Positions 1-8,607 of a stretch of 64,000 nucleotides of DNA are shown one piece after another. The notes below the pieces were generated by a model that worked only from the letters and a program-made list of their open reading frames with translations, had not been told where the DNA came from and did no database searches. Positions within the stretch are counted from its first letter, which is position 1; each line of letters starts with the position of its first letter. The stretch is taken from contig JAIKVZ010000060.1 in NCBI GenBank assembly GCA_024685285.1, forward strand, positions 3,818 to 67,817, in the 5' to 3' direction. Both the position numbers and the translations under genes were made by a program. Source of the DNA: Bacteroidales bacterium. Lineage in GTDB: Bacteria > Bacteroidota > Bacteroidia > Bacteroidales > P3.

Positions 1-681
1 GACTTCACCGACATTCCCAATGTCTTCCAGGGCAACACCGAAGGTCTGAACGGCATCATCTCGCTTGGTTACTTCTATGACTGGGGTGCCAGCGCCACCG
101 ACCAGGCCATCATGGCCCAGAAGAGCATGCTCTCTCAGGAGAACTTCAGCGCTCTGAACTCGCAGGTGAGCACCCTCGAGAACCAGGTTGCCGCCTCGAA
201 GAGCAACGAGAAGAAACTCGAAAACCGCATTGCCGAACTTGAGAACGAGCTCCGCGAGGCCCGCAAGGCCACCACTCCTCAGCCCGTCGACAATGGCGAG
301 GTCGAGAAACGCCTCAAAGCCGCCATTGACCAGCTCAAGGCCGACCAGCTCAACTTCTACGCTATGCCCTTCTCGATTCAGTACGACGTGAACGAGTGGC
401 AGGTTAGCGAGGAGCAGATGGATAAGATCGACGCCGTGGCCAAGGTCATGAAGAACACCGATGCCAAGTTCATGATTGTCGGATTCGCCGACTACAGTGG
501 CAGCGACAACTACAACCAGAAGCTCTCTGAGCGCCGCGCCAACGAGGTCAAGCGCCTCCTCAAACAGAAAGGTGTTTCTGAGGACAAGCTCACCGTCGAA
601 GGCAAGGGCAAGACCGCTCCGTTTGGCGACATCAAACTGCCCGTCAACCGCCGCGTCTCTTTCTACCGCGTCATCGAATAA
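1..681 (+). CDS. OmpA-family (peptidoglycan-associating OmpA_C-like) protein, 5'-truncated by the window edge
   Basis: Frame 1 is open from nt 1, with no stop before the listed Met at 112. A coiled-coil-like Q/E/K-rich stretch is followed by the OmpA-like C-terminus 'FMIVGFADYSGSDNYNQKLSERRANEVKRLL...VEGKGKTAPF...NRRVSFYRV'. Confidence 0.8.
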   Translation, partial: DFTDIPNVFQGNTEGLNGIISLGYFYDWGASATDQAIMAQKSMLSQENFSALNSQVSTLENQVAASKSNEKKLENRIAELENELREARKATTPQPVDNGEVEKRLKAAIDQLKADQLNFYAMPFSIQYDVNEWQVSEEQMDKIDAVAKVMKNTDAKFMIVGFADYSGSDNYNQKLSERRANEVKRLLKQKGVSEDKLTVEGKGKTAPFGDIKLPVNRRVSFYRVIE

Positions 682-709
682 CGCAGTAGTCTGTTAAACC
701 GACCAAAAC

Positions 710-746
710 AAGCCAGCCTCCACATTGTGGGGGCTGGCTTTATATT
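710..746 (+). terminator. Rho-independent terminator candidate after the OmpA-family gene
   Basis: Perfect 9-bp stem AAGCCAGCC / GGCTGGCTT with a 13-nt loop, followed by the T-rich TATATT. Confidence 0.6.
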
Positions 747-915
747 ACAGACCTGTCCAAGCGAACCCTTCGAGACACTAAGCAAGCCTTCCAAACAAAC
801 TAAGACAACGGAACTGATACGACAAGGCGACAGGGTGCAGACGGTGAAAGGACAGGGTTTGTACGGGCAACGGAGGGGCTGATCATAGGTCAGGGACGGT
901 GGTAGGCGAGGCCAA

Positions 916-951
916 TCCGACCGTGACCCGACCTCAACCCGAACCTAACCC
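916..951 (+). repeat. Intergenic 11-bp tandem array, copy 1 (3 units)
   Basis: tccgaccgtga|cccgacctcaa|cccgaacctaa|ccc. It lies between two convergent terminators. Confidence 0.8.
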
Positions 952-969
952 ATCTAACATACAAAGAAA

Positions 970-1005
970 CAGCCGGTTAAGTCTCAACGAGTACTTAACC
1001 GGCTG
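970..1005 (-). terminator. Rho-independent terminator candidate for the minus-strand gene 1026..1919
   Basis: Perfect 12-bp stem CAGCCGGTTAAG / CTTAACCGGCTG. On the minus-strand transcript it is followed by UUUCUUUGU. Confidence 0.65.
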
Positions 1006-1025
1006 GATATATGTGTCTTGGAATA

Positions 1026-1919
1026 TTATTTCTCTTCGAAAAGGGGTATCTCGGTGAGGTTTGCGGCCTGCGAGAGGCAACGGTTCACGGTGAGCTCGAT
1101 GTAGTTGGGCAAGAGGTGTCCGCTGAGAGGGTTTTCGCTGCGAAGGCGCTTCATCATTTCCTCTATCTCGGCGGCGTAGACCAACTGCGCGGACTGTCGC
1201 ATCTCGAGGGCTTTCTGCACAGCCGCCATGCGTATGGGCATTATCTCGGCGTAGTAATTCAGTAGGAGGTTGTTGCGGTCGTTGCCTTTAGCGGCGGCTA
1301 TTTGGCTGTAGTACTTCTGGTACACATCGAAGCACTGCTTGTCGGCGTTGGCCATGACTGTGTCAATCTGAGCTTCTACGGCGTTCCACTGATTGATGAT
1401 GGGCTGCACAGGGGTCTGCAACTTGCGGGTGATAACACCTAATCTATCGGCGTTGCGCTTGGCCTGCGTCTCGTTGCGGTAACTGCTGCGTAGCGCCTGC
1501 TGCTGTTTGGGCGACATTTTCTCATAGTCGGCCAACATCTTGGGGTTCATGCCGTTAATTGTCTCGAGCTCCATGCGACGGCGGTTTGCGCACTGTGCGC
1601 TGTCGAGACTCTGGCATGCCACCTCGGGCACTCGGGCGGCTATGTCTGCCAAAGTTTTGTAGTACTGACCGACCTCGGTGGACTCGGGCTTGCCGTCGGT
1701 CTGGCTGAGGATTATTCTCTGGTGGTCTAAGTATTGCTGCACAGTGGGCAGGGGCGGCATCTCTGCAAGCAGGCTCTGCAGCGTCACGGGTTCTGGCTTG
1801 GCGCCAACGCTGGTTTTCTGCTGCATTTTGACCACTTTCTTGTGCTGCAGCGAGGAAGGCTGCGCGGCGGCTGCAAAGGCCAGCACGGTGGCGGCCAGTA
1901 GGATGAGTGTCTTTTTCAT
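1026..1919 (-). CDS. Hypothetical secreted protein (297 aa)
   Basis: N-terminal signal peptide 'MKKTLILLAATVLAFAAAAQ'. The rest is helix-prone and Q/A/R-rich. I recognise no family. Confidence 0.6.
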   Translation of the reverse strand: MKKTLILLAATVLAFAAAAQPSSLQHKKVVKMQQKTSVGAKPEPVTLQSLLAEMPPLPTVQQYLDHQRIILSQTDGKPESTEVGQYYKTLADIAARVPEVACQSLDSAQCANRRRMELETINGMNPKMLADYEKMSPKQQQALRSSYRNETQAKRNADRLGVITRKLQTPVQPIINQWNAVEAQIDTVMANADKQCFDVYQKYYSQIAAAKGNDRNNLLLNYYAEIMPIRMAAVQKALEMRQSAQLVYAAEIEEMMKRLRSENPLSGHLLPNYIELTVNRCLSQAANLTEIPLFEEK

Positions 1920-2023
1920 TGGTTTTTTGTGTTTGTTTTGTGTATCTATAACGCGGCTGTTGCGGAATTATTGTGTCGGGGTAGCTAAAAAAACCGGCAC
2001 TACACCTTTAATTATATATAAGA

Positions 2024-2058
2024 GATAGGCGCGGCCGCCTGCGGCGGCCGCGCCTATC
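2024..2058 (-). terminator. Terminator candidate ending the CoA-transferase/hotdog operon
   Basis: GC-rich perfect palindrome GATAGGCGCGGCCGCC-tgc-GGCGGCCGCGCCTATC, 26 nt downstream of the stop at 2085. Confidence 0.6.
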
Positions 2059-2084
2059 ATAGACATCGCTGCCCGTTTGGGACC

Positions 2085-2477
2085 TTACTGGTTCTTGCGC
2101 TGACAGCTCTTGGGGGTGACACAGGTGCCGCTGGCACGGCATACAAGGATTTTCTCCTCCAGAACATCGGCGGCGCTGTCGCTGATGTCAGGGCGGGTTT
2201 TGATGACCTTGTAGGCCTCGAAACTCATCTTGCGGCTCGTGTTGCCCACGTGGGTAATTTCGCCGTAAGCCTCGATATAGTCGCCGGCATAGACCGGAGC
2301 CTTGAACTCAACCATGTCGTAGGCGCAGAAAAGGCCTTCATCGCCGTCCTGGATGATGAGCAATTCGGTGGCGACATCGCCAAAGAGATGAAGCATATGG
2401 GCACCGTCGACGAGGTTGCCGCCATAATGGGCGTCCTTGGCGCTCATGCGGACGCGGAGCATTGATTTTACTGCCAT
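2085..2477 (-). CDS. Hotdog-fold protein resembling 3-aminobutyryl-CoA ammonia-lyase (Kal) or an acyl-CoA thioesterase
   Basis: 130 aa with N-terminal '[34 protein letters not shown]'. This matches my recollection of Kal-type hotdog proteins from lysine-fermentation clusters. The assignment is from memory only. Confidence 0.55.
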   Translation of the reverse strand: MAVKSMLRVRMSAKDAHYGGNLVDGAHMLHLFGDVATELLIIQDGDEGLFCAYDMVEFKAPVYAGDYIEAYGEITHVGNTSRKMSFEAYKVIKTRPDISDSAADVLEEKILVCRASGTCVTPKSCQRKNQ

Positions 2478-2486
2478 AGTATTTTA

Positions 2487-3131
2487 TTATTTAATTACAT
2501 AATCGACAAAGATTCCAGGAGTCTTGACAGTCTCGGGAGCAATCTCGCCGGCCTTGACAATCTGCTGCGGCTCCACAATAACGGTGTCGGCGGCAGTGGC
2601 CATCATGGGGCTGAAGTTCTGCGAGGTACCCTTGTAGACCAAGTTGCCGGCCTCGTCGGCGATGTTGGCACCAATAATGGCGACATCGGCACGCACCGGT
2701 TTCTCGAGCAGGTACTCCTTGCCGTCGACGGTGATTTTCTGCTTGCCGTTCTCGACGACGGTGCCGAGGCCGGTCTGGGTCAACACACCGCCTAAGCCTG
2801 CGCCGGCGGCACGAATCTGCTCAGCCAGAGTGCCCTGAGGCTGGAGGGTCACCTTCAACTCGCCGCTGTTCATCTGGTCGATAGTGTTGTTGTTGGTGCC
2901 AATATGAGTGGCAATGAGGCACTTGACCTGATGATTGGTAATGAGTTTGCCAACGCCAACCTCGGGGTAGGCAGTGTCGTTGCAGATAATTGTCAGATCT
3001 TTCACGCCGCGAGCAACCAGCTCGTCGATAAGTTTAATGGGGTTTCCCACGCCGAGAAAACCTCCGACCATCACGGTCATGCCGTCATGAATCATGTCGG
3101 CAGCTTCTTTTACAGTGACAAATTTTTTCAT
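2487..3131 (-). CDS. 3-oxoacid / acetate CoA-transferase subunit A (AtoD-like)
   Basis: Collinear similarity to E. coli AtoD over its length: 'DGMTVMVGGF.G.G.P', 'THIGTN', 'VTLQPQGTLAEQIRAAGAGLGGVLT.TG.GT'. Confidence 0.85.
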   Translation of the reverse strand: MKKFVTVKEAADMIHDGMTVMVGGFLGVGNPIKLIDELVARGVKDLTIICNDTAYPEVGVGKLITNHQVKCLIATHIGTNNNTIDQMNSGELKVTLQPQGTLAEQIRAAGAGLGGVLTQTGLGTVVENGKQKITVDGKEYLLEKPVRADVAIIGANIADEAGNLVYKGTSQNFSPMMATAADTVIVEPQQIVKAGEIAPETVKTPGIFVDYVIK

Positions 3132-3167
3132 CTTTATGTATCAGTTTTTTGTTTTCGAAACAATTTG

Positions 3168-3175
3168 CAAATGTA
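3168..3175 (-). promoter_or_regulatory. Bacteroidota -7 promoter box (TACATTTG on the minus strand) for the CoA-transferase operon
   Basis: Matches the TAnnTTTG consensus, 37 nt upstream of the start at 3131, within an AT-rich divergent intergenic region. Confidence 0.4.
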
Positions 3176-3280
3176 CGCTTTTTTTTTCAAACAAGCCCTA
3201 TTTTGCCAATATTTTTTTGCCTCAACGAAACTTTTTTTGTTTTTTTGGCAAAAAAATTTTGCTACTTGCCAAATTCTCAG

Positions 3281-3288
3281 TATCTTTG
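3281..3288 (+). promoter_or_regulatory. Bacteroidota -7 promoter box TATCTTTG(CA)
   Basis: TAnnTTTG match 27 nt upstream of the ATG at 3315. A TTTG (-33-like) element lies about 19 nt upstream. Confidence 0.5.
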
Positions 3289-3314
3289 CATTTTGGTTTA
3301 TAACAGTCACGAAG

Positions 3315-3947
3315 ATGAAGAAAACGCTTTTGTCATTGGTTTTGACCGCACTATGTGGCTTGCTCTCGGCACAGGACTTTGTCGAGCCAGTAGAAACTTG
3401 GAAGGCTGCCGAGGTGCAGGGTCATAACTTCTACGGTTTTTCATTCCACCAGGATTGGGACGTCGACTTCACCATCGAAAGCCAGGACGGACGCTACACC
3501 CCCACCGATGCCGACATAGTAGAGGCCGAGCGTCTGTTGCAAAAAAAGATTGACTACGTCAACCGCGAACACATCAACCAAGAGGGTCGCTGCCCCGTCA
3601 TCGACGAGCATATGCGTATGTACCGCCGCCAGTATGTCGGCTTCACCGATGTCACCGGCAGCCATATCATTTGGGTTAACGGCATTTGGGACGACAATGT
3701 TACCAACGAGCGCTTGGCCGACGACATCATCCTCACCCGCGGCGGCTGCGGCCGCTACTGGCACCTCAAAGTCAACCTCGACACCAAGAAGGTTTACGGA
3801 TTGGAAGTCAACGGCTCGGGCGACGTGGAGTACATCCCCCGTGTCAAAAAACCAGGTCCGCGTATCAGCCGCCCCAAAGACCGCGGCAACCGTGGCCGTG
3901 TGCGCAAAACAGGTATTATTCATACCGAAGACCAGAAGAAGTTTTAG
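3315..3947 (+). CDS. Hypothetical secreted protein with a basic C-terminal tail (210 aa)
   Basis: An internal Met of ORF 2904..3947 gives a clean signal peptide 'MKKTLLSLVLTALCGLLSAQ'. The upstream part of that ORF is AT-rich F/L junk overlapping the promoter region. The tail is 'KKPGPRISRPKDRGNRGRVRK'. Confidence 0.6.
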   Translation: MKKTLLSLVLTALCGLLSAQDFVEPVETWKAAEVQGHNFYGFSFHQDWDVDFTIESQDGRYTPTDADIVEAERLLQKKIDYVNREHINQEGRCPVIDEHMRMYRRQYVGFTDVTGSHIIWVNGIWDDNVTNERLADDIILTRGGCGRYWHLKVNLDTKKVYGLEVNGSGDVEYIPRVKKPGPRISRPKDRGNRGRVRKTGIIHTEDQKKF

Positions 3948-3962
3948 CGCAACACGCATAGT

Positions 3963-4373
3963 ATGAGAAAATTACTCCCACTGATAGTCAAGTTTGTCAA
4001 ATTCGGTGTCGTTGGTTTCAGCGGCATGATTGTTGACTACGGTGTGCTCTTCTTGATGAAAGAGGTGGTTGGTCTGCCAGCGTTGTGGGCCAACGCCATC
4101 AGTTTCACTGTGGCAGCCACGTCGAACTACTTCCTCAACCGCATCTGGACATTCCGTAGCAACGAAAAGCAAGTGGGAGTGGAGTATGGCAAATTCCTTG
4201 CAGTTTCGCTCATAGGCCTTGGTATCAGCACATTGAGTCTCTTCCTATTGGGACGGTTGCTGCCCGAGTGGAATGCCGACTGGCGCTTCTACATCCTGAA
4301 ATTCTTCGCCATAGTCATCACCACAATCTGGAATTTCTTCGGCAACCTGCTTTTCACCTTCCGTAAACGATAG
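3963..4373 (+). CDS. GtrA-family membrane protein
   Basis: 136 aa with 4 predicted TM segments and the GtrA-like motifs 'KFVKFGVVGFSGMIVDYGVLFL' and 'SNYFLNRIWTFRS'. Confidence 0.8.
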   Translation: MRKLLPLIVKFVKFGVVGFSGMIVDYGVLFLMKEVVGLPALWANAISFTVAATSNYFLNRIWTFRSNEKQVGVEYGKFLAVSLIGLGISTLSLFLLGRLLPEWNADWRFYILKFFAIVITTIWNFFGNLLFTFRKR

Positions 4374-4377
4374 AGAG

Positions 4378-5574
4378 ATGAGAAGAATTGCACCCATCTT
4401 GCTGGTTCTATGTACCATAGCCACCAGTTATGCTCAAACACCCATACGCCCTGACGCGTTTCCGCCAGTTCCTCAGGCTCTCTCAACCAAAGCCGCCACC
4501 ATGGCAACCACTATGGAAGAGATGTCCTCGTGGAACCGCTACCCAACCTACGACGTATATATTGAGATGATGAACCGGTTTGCGACGGACTACCCTACCC
4601 TGTGCCGACTCGACACGATAGGATTCAGCGTCCATAACCGTCTGATTCTATGCGCTGTAATAAACAAACAAACCGATAGCCACGTCACTGTACCGGAATT
4701 CTTCTACTCCTCATCGATGCATGGCGACGAGCTGACAGGCTACTACTTCATGCTGCGCCTCATTGACACACTACTGCGCGGCTATGGCGTTGACAACGAA
4801 CTCACAACACTTATCGAGAATGTCGAAATATTTATAAACCCCTTGGCCAACCCCGACGGCACCTACTACGGCGGCGATTCAACCGTCTCGGCCTCACAAC
4901 GTTACAACGCCAATGGGGTCGACCTTAACCGTAACTGGCCAGACCCTTTCGGCGTGCAAGCCGACGACCCTTTGCAGCCTGAAAACCAGGCCATGATGGA
5001 CTACATGAGCAGTCATAATTTCCGTCTCAGCGCCAATCTGCACGGCGGTGCCGAAGTGATGAACTACCCCTGGGACAGCTTCACCTTAGCTGAACGCTCA
5101 CACCCCGATGCACAATGGTGGCAGGAGGTGGGACAACGCTTTGTCGACACCGTGCGCGCCACAGCCCCAATGATGTACCGCACCCGCGGCGGCGTCACTT
5201 CTGGCGGCGACTGGTACGTTATATCCAACGGCCGACAGGACTGGGTCAACTACTACCTTTCTTGCCGTGAAATAACCATGGAGGTGTCAAACGATAAGAT
5301 TCTTGCTACCAATAGGTTGGATTCATATTGGAAGGCGCAGCAACGCTCCCTTGTCAACTATATCAAAGAGATTTACAACTGTCCCACATCAAGGGTCAAC
5401 ATATCTGCTCCAAAGGTTGACTACAGTCAAGTCAAGGTCCGTCCCAACCCAACCACCGGTCCAGTAACCATAGAGACAACCAACGGTATAAAGCACATAG
5501 ACCTAAGCGGTTACGCACCCGGAGTATATATCATACCTGTCGACGGTATACCCGTGAAAATCATCAAGCAATAG
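4378..5574 (+). CDS. M14-family zinc carboxypeptidase with a T9SS C-terminal sorting domain
   Basis: Zinc ligands 'HGDE' (HxxE) and 'NLHGGAEVMNYPWD'. C-terminus 'VKVRPNPTTGPVTIE...LSGYAPGVYIIPVDGIPVKIIKQ' is typical of type-A T9SS CTDs. Confidence 0.8.
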   Translation: MRRIAPILLVLCTIATSYAQTPIRPDAFPPVPQALSTKAATMATTMEEMSSWNRYPTYDVYIEMMNRFATDYPTLCRLDTIGFSVHNRLILCAVINKQTDSHVTVPEFFYSSSMHGDELTGYYFMLRLIDTLLRGYGVDNELTTLIENVEIFINPLANPDGTYYGGDSTVSASQRYNANGVDLNRNWPDPFGVQADDPLQPENQAMMDYMSSHNFRLSANLHGGAEVMNYPWDSFTLAERSHPDAQWWQEVGQRFVDTVRATAPMMYRTRGGVTSGGDWYVISNGRQDWVNYYLSCREITMEVSNDKILATNRLDSYWKAQQRSLVNYIKEIYNCPTSRVNISAPKVDYSQVKVRPNPTTGPVTIETTNGIKHIDLSGYAPGVYIIPVDGIPVKIIKQ

Positions 5575-5579
5575 TTGCC

Positions 5580-6764
5580 GTGACCCCGAGGCCTGCACAT
5601 CAGCACATTTCTGTAGCCGTGCCGTGCATGGACGAGCTGCAAACATTACCTAAGCTCGTCGACTGCCTGAGGCGGCAATCAATGCAAAACTTCACCATCT
5701 ATATATGTGTGAACCAGCCTGATAGTTGGTGGGGCGATGGTAACCCAGAACACCTGTCCACCTGCTTGAACAACGCCAAACTGCTTGCCATGCTACCACA
5801 ATTATGCCCAAACGCCGTAGTGATAGACCGCAGCACGAAAGGTTCAGGCTGGAGCGGCCGCAAAAAAGGGGTAGGCTGGGCTCGCAAAGAGTTGTTTTCA
5901 TGCATTTTAAACCGCTGCGACGAAAATGATATTATCGTCAGTCTTGACGCCGATACAACATTCCCAGACGACTATTTGGAGATAGTGCAACAGGCCATGG
6001 TCGCCAACCCCGAGGCTGGAGCGGTGCAAGTGCCATACTATCATAAACTTAGCAACAACGATGAGGCTGACCGTCGACTTCTACGCTACGAGTGCTATAT
6101 GCGGCACTATTTTTGCAACCTCTTGGCGATAGACAATCCTCATGCTATCAGCGCATTGGGCTCTGCTATGGCCTTCACGGCACAGGCCTACCGTCGCGCC
6201 GGCGGCATCACACCGCTGCAGGGTGGCGAGGACTTCTACCTGATGGAAAAATTCGCCAAAACAACGCTGATTCTATGCACCTTAGACTCCTGCGTATACC
6301 CGTCGGGGCGCCTCTCGCAGCGGGTCCCTTTCGGCACCGGCCCTGCCATGGGCATGAACCTCGACGAGCAGGCAGCACACTACCCTTTTTACAACAGCAC
6401 GGCTTTCGGTCTTGTCAAAGAGACATTCGCCATGTTCCCAGCACTTTACGAGCACGACATTGAGACGCCCATGAGCCAGTTTCTGAGGCAGCAACTTGGC
6501 ACAGACGACCTGTGGTCACCATTGCGCAAGAACTTCAAAACCAAAGAGCTGTTTGTCAGAGCCTGCGCCGAGAAGGTCGACGGACTGCGCATTCTGCAGT
6601 TTCTGCGCCACACCCAGCAGACACAGCCACCCGATGCAGTACCCGTAGACTTCAAATCCGACACCGTCGAAGAACTTGACAGATATCGCAACACTCTTGT
6701 TACAAGAGAGTTGGCATTGCGAAAAGAGAAAAAATTTGCAGGCATTGCACGTTATTCAAAATAA
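5580..6764 (+). CDS. Family 2 glycosyltransferase (GT-A fold)
   Basis: 'ISVAVPCMDE' first strand and a 'SLDADT' DxD-type motif. A GTG start at 5580 is needed to include the first beta-strand. It lies 5 nt after the previous stop. Confidence 0.65.
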   Translation: MTPRPAHQHISVAVPCMDELQTLPKLVDCLRRQSMQNFTIYICVNQPDSWWGDGNPEHLSTCLNNAKLLAMLPQLCPNAVVIDRSTKGSGWSGRKKGVGWARKELFSCILNRCDENDIIVSLDADTTFPDDYLEIVQQAMVANPEAGAVQVPYYHKLSNNDEADRRLLRYECYMRHYFCNLLAIDNPHAISALGSAMAFTAQAYRRAGGITPLQGGEDFYLMEKFAKTTLILCTLDSCVYPSGRLSQRVPFGTGPAMGMNLDEQAAHYPFYNSTAFGLVKETFAMFPALYEHDIETPMSQFLRQQLGTDDLWSPLRKNFKTKELFVRACAEKVDGLRILQFLRHTQQTQPPDAVPVDFKSDTVEELDRYRNTLVTRELALRKEKKFAGIARYSK

Positions 6765-6769
6765 AAACG

Positions 6770-6777
6770 TATATTTG
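6770..6777 (+). promoter_or_regulatory. Bacteroidota -7 promoter box TATATTTG(CA)
   Basis: TAnnTTTG match 19 nt upstream of the ATG at 6796. Confidence 0.45.
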
Positions 6778-6795
6778 CAAAAAATATTTTCAGCT

Positions 6796-8565
6796 ATGGA
6801 CATAAACAACCTTAAAATCGACGAATCGGCAAAAGCCAACATAAACGCCTGGCTCACTGGCAGCTATGACGAAGAGACAAAGCAAGCCATACGCAACATG
6901 GACCCCACCGAGTTGAACGAGAGCTTCTACCGCTCGCTCGAATTCGGCACCGGCGGCCTGCGCGGCATCATGGGCGTAGGCACCAACCGCATGAACAAGT
7001 ACACCGTGGCCATGTCGACCCAAGGCTTGGCAAACTACGTAAAAGGCTTGTTCCCCGGCGATTGCAAGCTGAAAGCCGCCGTCTCGCACGACAGCCGCAA
7101 CCACAGCCGCGAATTCGCCGAAATCACCGCCAAAGTACTGGCCGCCAACGGTATACACGTCTATCTGTTCGAGTCGCTGCGTCCCACGCCCGAGCTATCG
7201 TTTGCAGTACGCCACTACGGTTGCCAGACCGGCGTCATGGTCACCGCTTCGCACAACCCCAAGGAGTACAACGGCTACAAGGCATACTGGAGCGACGGCT
7301 GCCAACTGACCCCGCCGCACGACGTCAACGTGATTGACGAGGTGATGAAAATCAAGGACATAAAGGATGTCAAGATGGACGGCGGCGAAGAGAATATTGA
7401 GATTATTGGCGAGGAGCTTGACAAAATCTACCTAAACCGCGTGGCCCAGAACTCGCTGCACCCCGAACTTATCAAGAAACACCACGACATCAAGATAGTC
7501 TACACCCCCCTGCACGGCACCGGCATAGTACTGATACCAAGAATGTTGCAGCAATTGGGTTTCACCAACGTCAACGTTGTGAAAGAGCAGGCCGTTGCCG
7601 ACGGCAACTTCCCCACCACCCCGTCGCCCAACCCCGAAGAGCATGCCGCCATGAAGATGGCAGTAGACTTGGCCAAAGAGATTGACGCCGACATAGTCTT
7701 CGCCTCCGACCCCGACGCCGACCGCGTGGGTGTGGCTGTCAAACGCCCCGACGGCGAATGGATGCTGCTCAACGGCAACCAGACCTTCTCGGTGCTGATG
7801 TACTACCTCGTCAACCAGTGGAAAGCCGCCGGCCGCCTTACAGGCAACGAATACGTGGTGAAAACCATCGTCACCAGCGAACTGCCGGCCGACATAGCCC
7901 GCAAGAACGGCGTAACTGTCTACGACGTGCTCACCGGCTTCAAGTGGATTGGCGCCAAGATACTGGAACTCACTGGTGTTGAGGCCTCGCAGGAGGGCTC
8001 CGGCAAGCCAGTGTATATTGGCGGCGGCGAAGAGAGCTACGGCTACATGGTCGGCGACTTTGTGCGCGACAAGGATGCCGTGAGCGCCTGCTCCATGATT
8101 GCCGAGATAGCAGCCTGGGCCAAAGAGCAGGGCAAGACCTTCTTCGACATTTTGGTCGATATATACAAAGAGTACGGCTTCTACAAAGAGGGTCTGCTTT
8201 CTGTGGTGCGCAAAGGCAAGAGCGGCGCCGAGGAGATTGCCCAGATGATGAAAGACTACCGCTCCAACCCGCCGCAAACCATCGACGGCGAGCGCGTGGT
8301 GCGCATCGACGACATACAGCTCTCCACTTCGACCGACACCCTCACTGGCCGCGTCACCCCCATCGACCTGCCCAAGAGCAACGTGCTGCAGTTCTTCACC
8401 GAGAAAGGCAACAAGATAACCGTGCGTCCCAGCGGGACCGAGCCGAAAATCAAGTTCTACTTCGGAGTCAAGGGCGAACTCTGTTGCCGCGACTGCTTCG
8501 ACAAGACCAACGCAGCCCTCGACGCCAAGATCGAGGCCATCAAGCACTCCATGAAATTGGCATAA
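6796..8565 (+). CDS. Phosphoglucomutase/phosphomannomutase-family phospho-sugar mutase
   Basis: Active-site phosphoserine loop 'TASHNPKEYNGYK', metal loop 'ASDPDADR' and sugar loop 'GGEESYG'. The start is taken at 'MDINNLKID' because the longer ORF (6676) overlaps the GT2 gene. Confidence 0.85.
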   Translation: MDINNLKIDESAKANINAWLTGSYDEETKQAIRNMDPTELNESFYRSLEFGTGGLRGIMGVGTNRMNKYTVAMSTQGLANYVKGLFPGDCKLKAAVSHDSRNHSREFAEITAKVLAANGIHVYLFESLRPTPELSFAVRHYGCQTGVMVTASHNPKEYNGYKAYWSDGCQLTPPHDVNVIDEVMKIKDIKDVKMDGGEENIEIIGEELDKIYLNRVAQNSLHPELIKKHHDIKIVYTPLHGTGIVLIPRMLQQLGFTNVNVVKEQAVADGNFPTTPSPNPEEHAAMKMAVDLAKEIDADIVFASDPDADRVGVAVKRPDGEWMLLNGNQTFSVLMYYLVNQWKAAGRLTGNEYVVKTIVTSELPADIARKNGVTVYDVLTGFKWIGAKILELTGVEASQEGSGKPVYIGGGEESYGYMVGDFVRDKDAVSACSMIAEIAAWAKEQGKTFFDILVDIYKEYGFYKEGLLSVVRKGKSGAEEIAQMMKDYRSNPPQTIDGERVVRIDDIQLSTSTDTLTGRVTPIDLPKSNVLQFFTEKGNKITVRPSGTEPKIKFYFGVKGELCCRDCFDKTNAALDAKIEAIKHSMKLA

Positions 8566-8607
8566 GAACAACCTTCTGCACAGCCTAACCAGCTGTCAGC
8601 CAACCCC

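Noticed and set aside
2904-3314. N-terminal extensions of ORF-track entries (2904..3314, 6676..6795, 8609..8704, 29601..29786, 29606..29725, 32388..32666, 52322..52393, 54066..54092)
   Set aside because: The extensions run through AT-rich promoter regions or overlap the preceding gene, and they translate to F/L/K-rich junk. In each case an internal Met gives a clean signal peptide, lipobox or family N-terminus and sits just downstream of a TAnnTTTG box.
3441-3966. ORFs 3441..3959(-), 3550..3966(+) and 3686..3961(+)
   Set aside because: They are antisense or off-frame relative to the signal-peptide-bearing ORF 3315..3947, and their translations are low-complexity.
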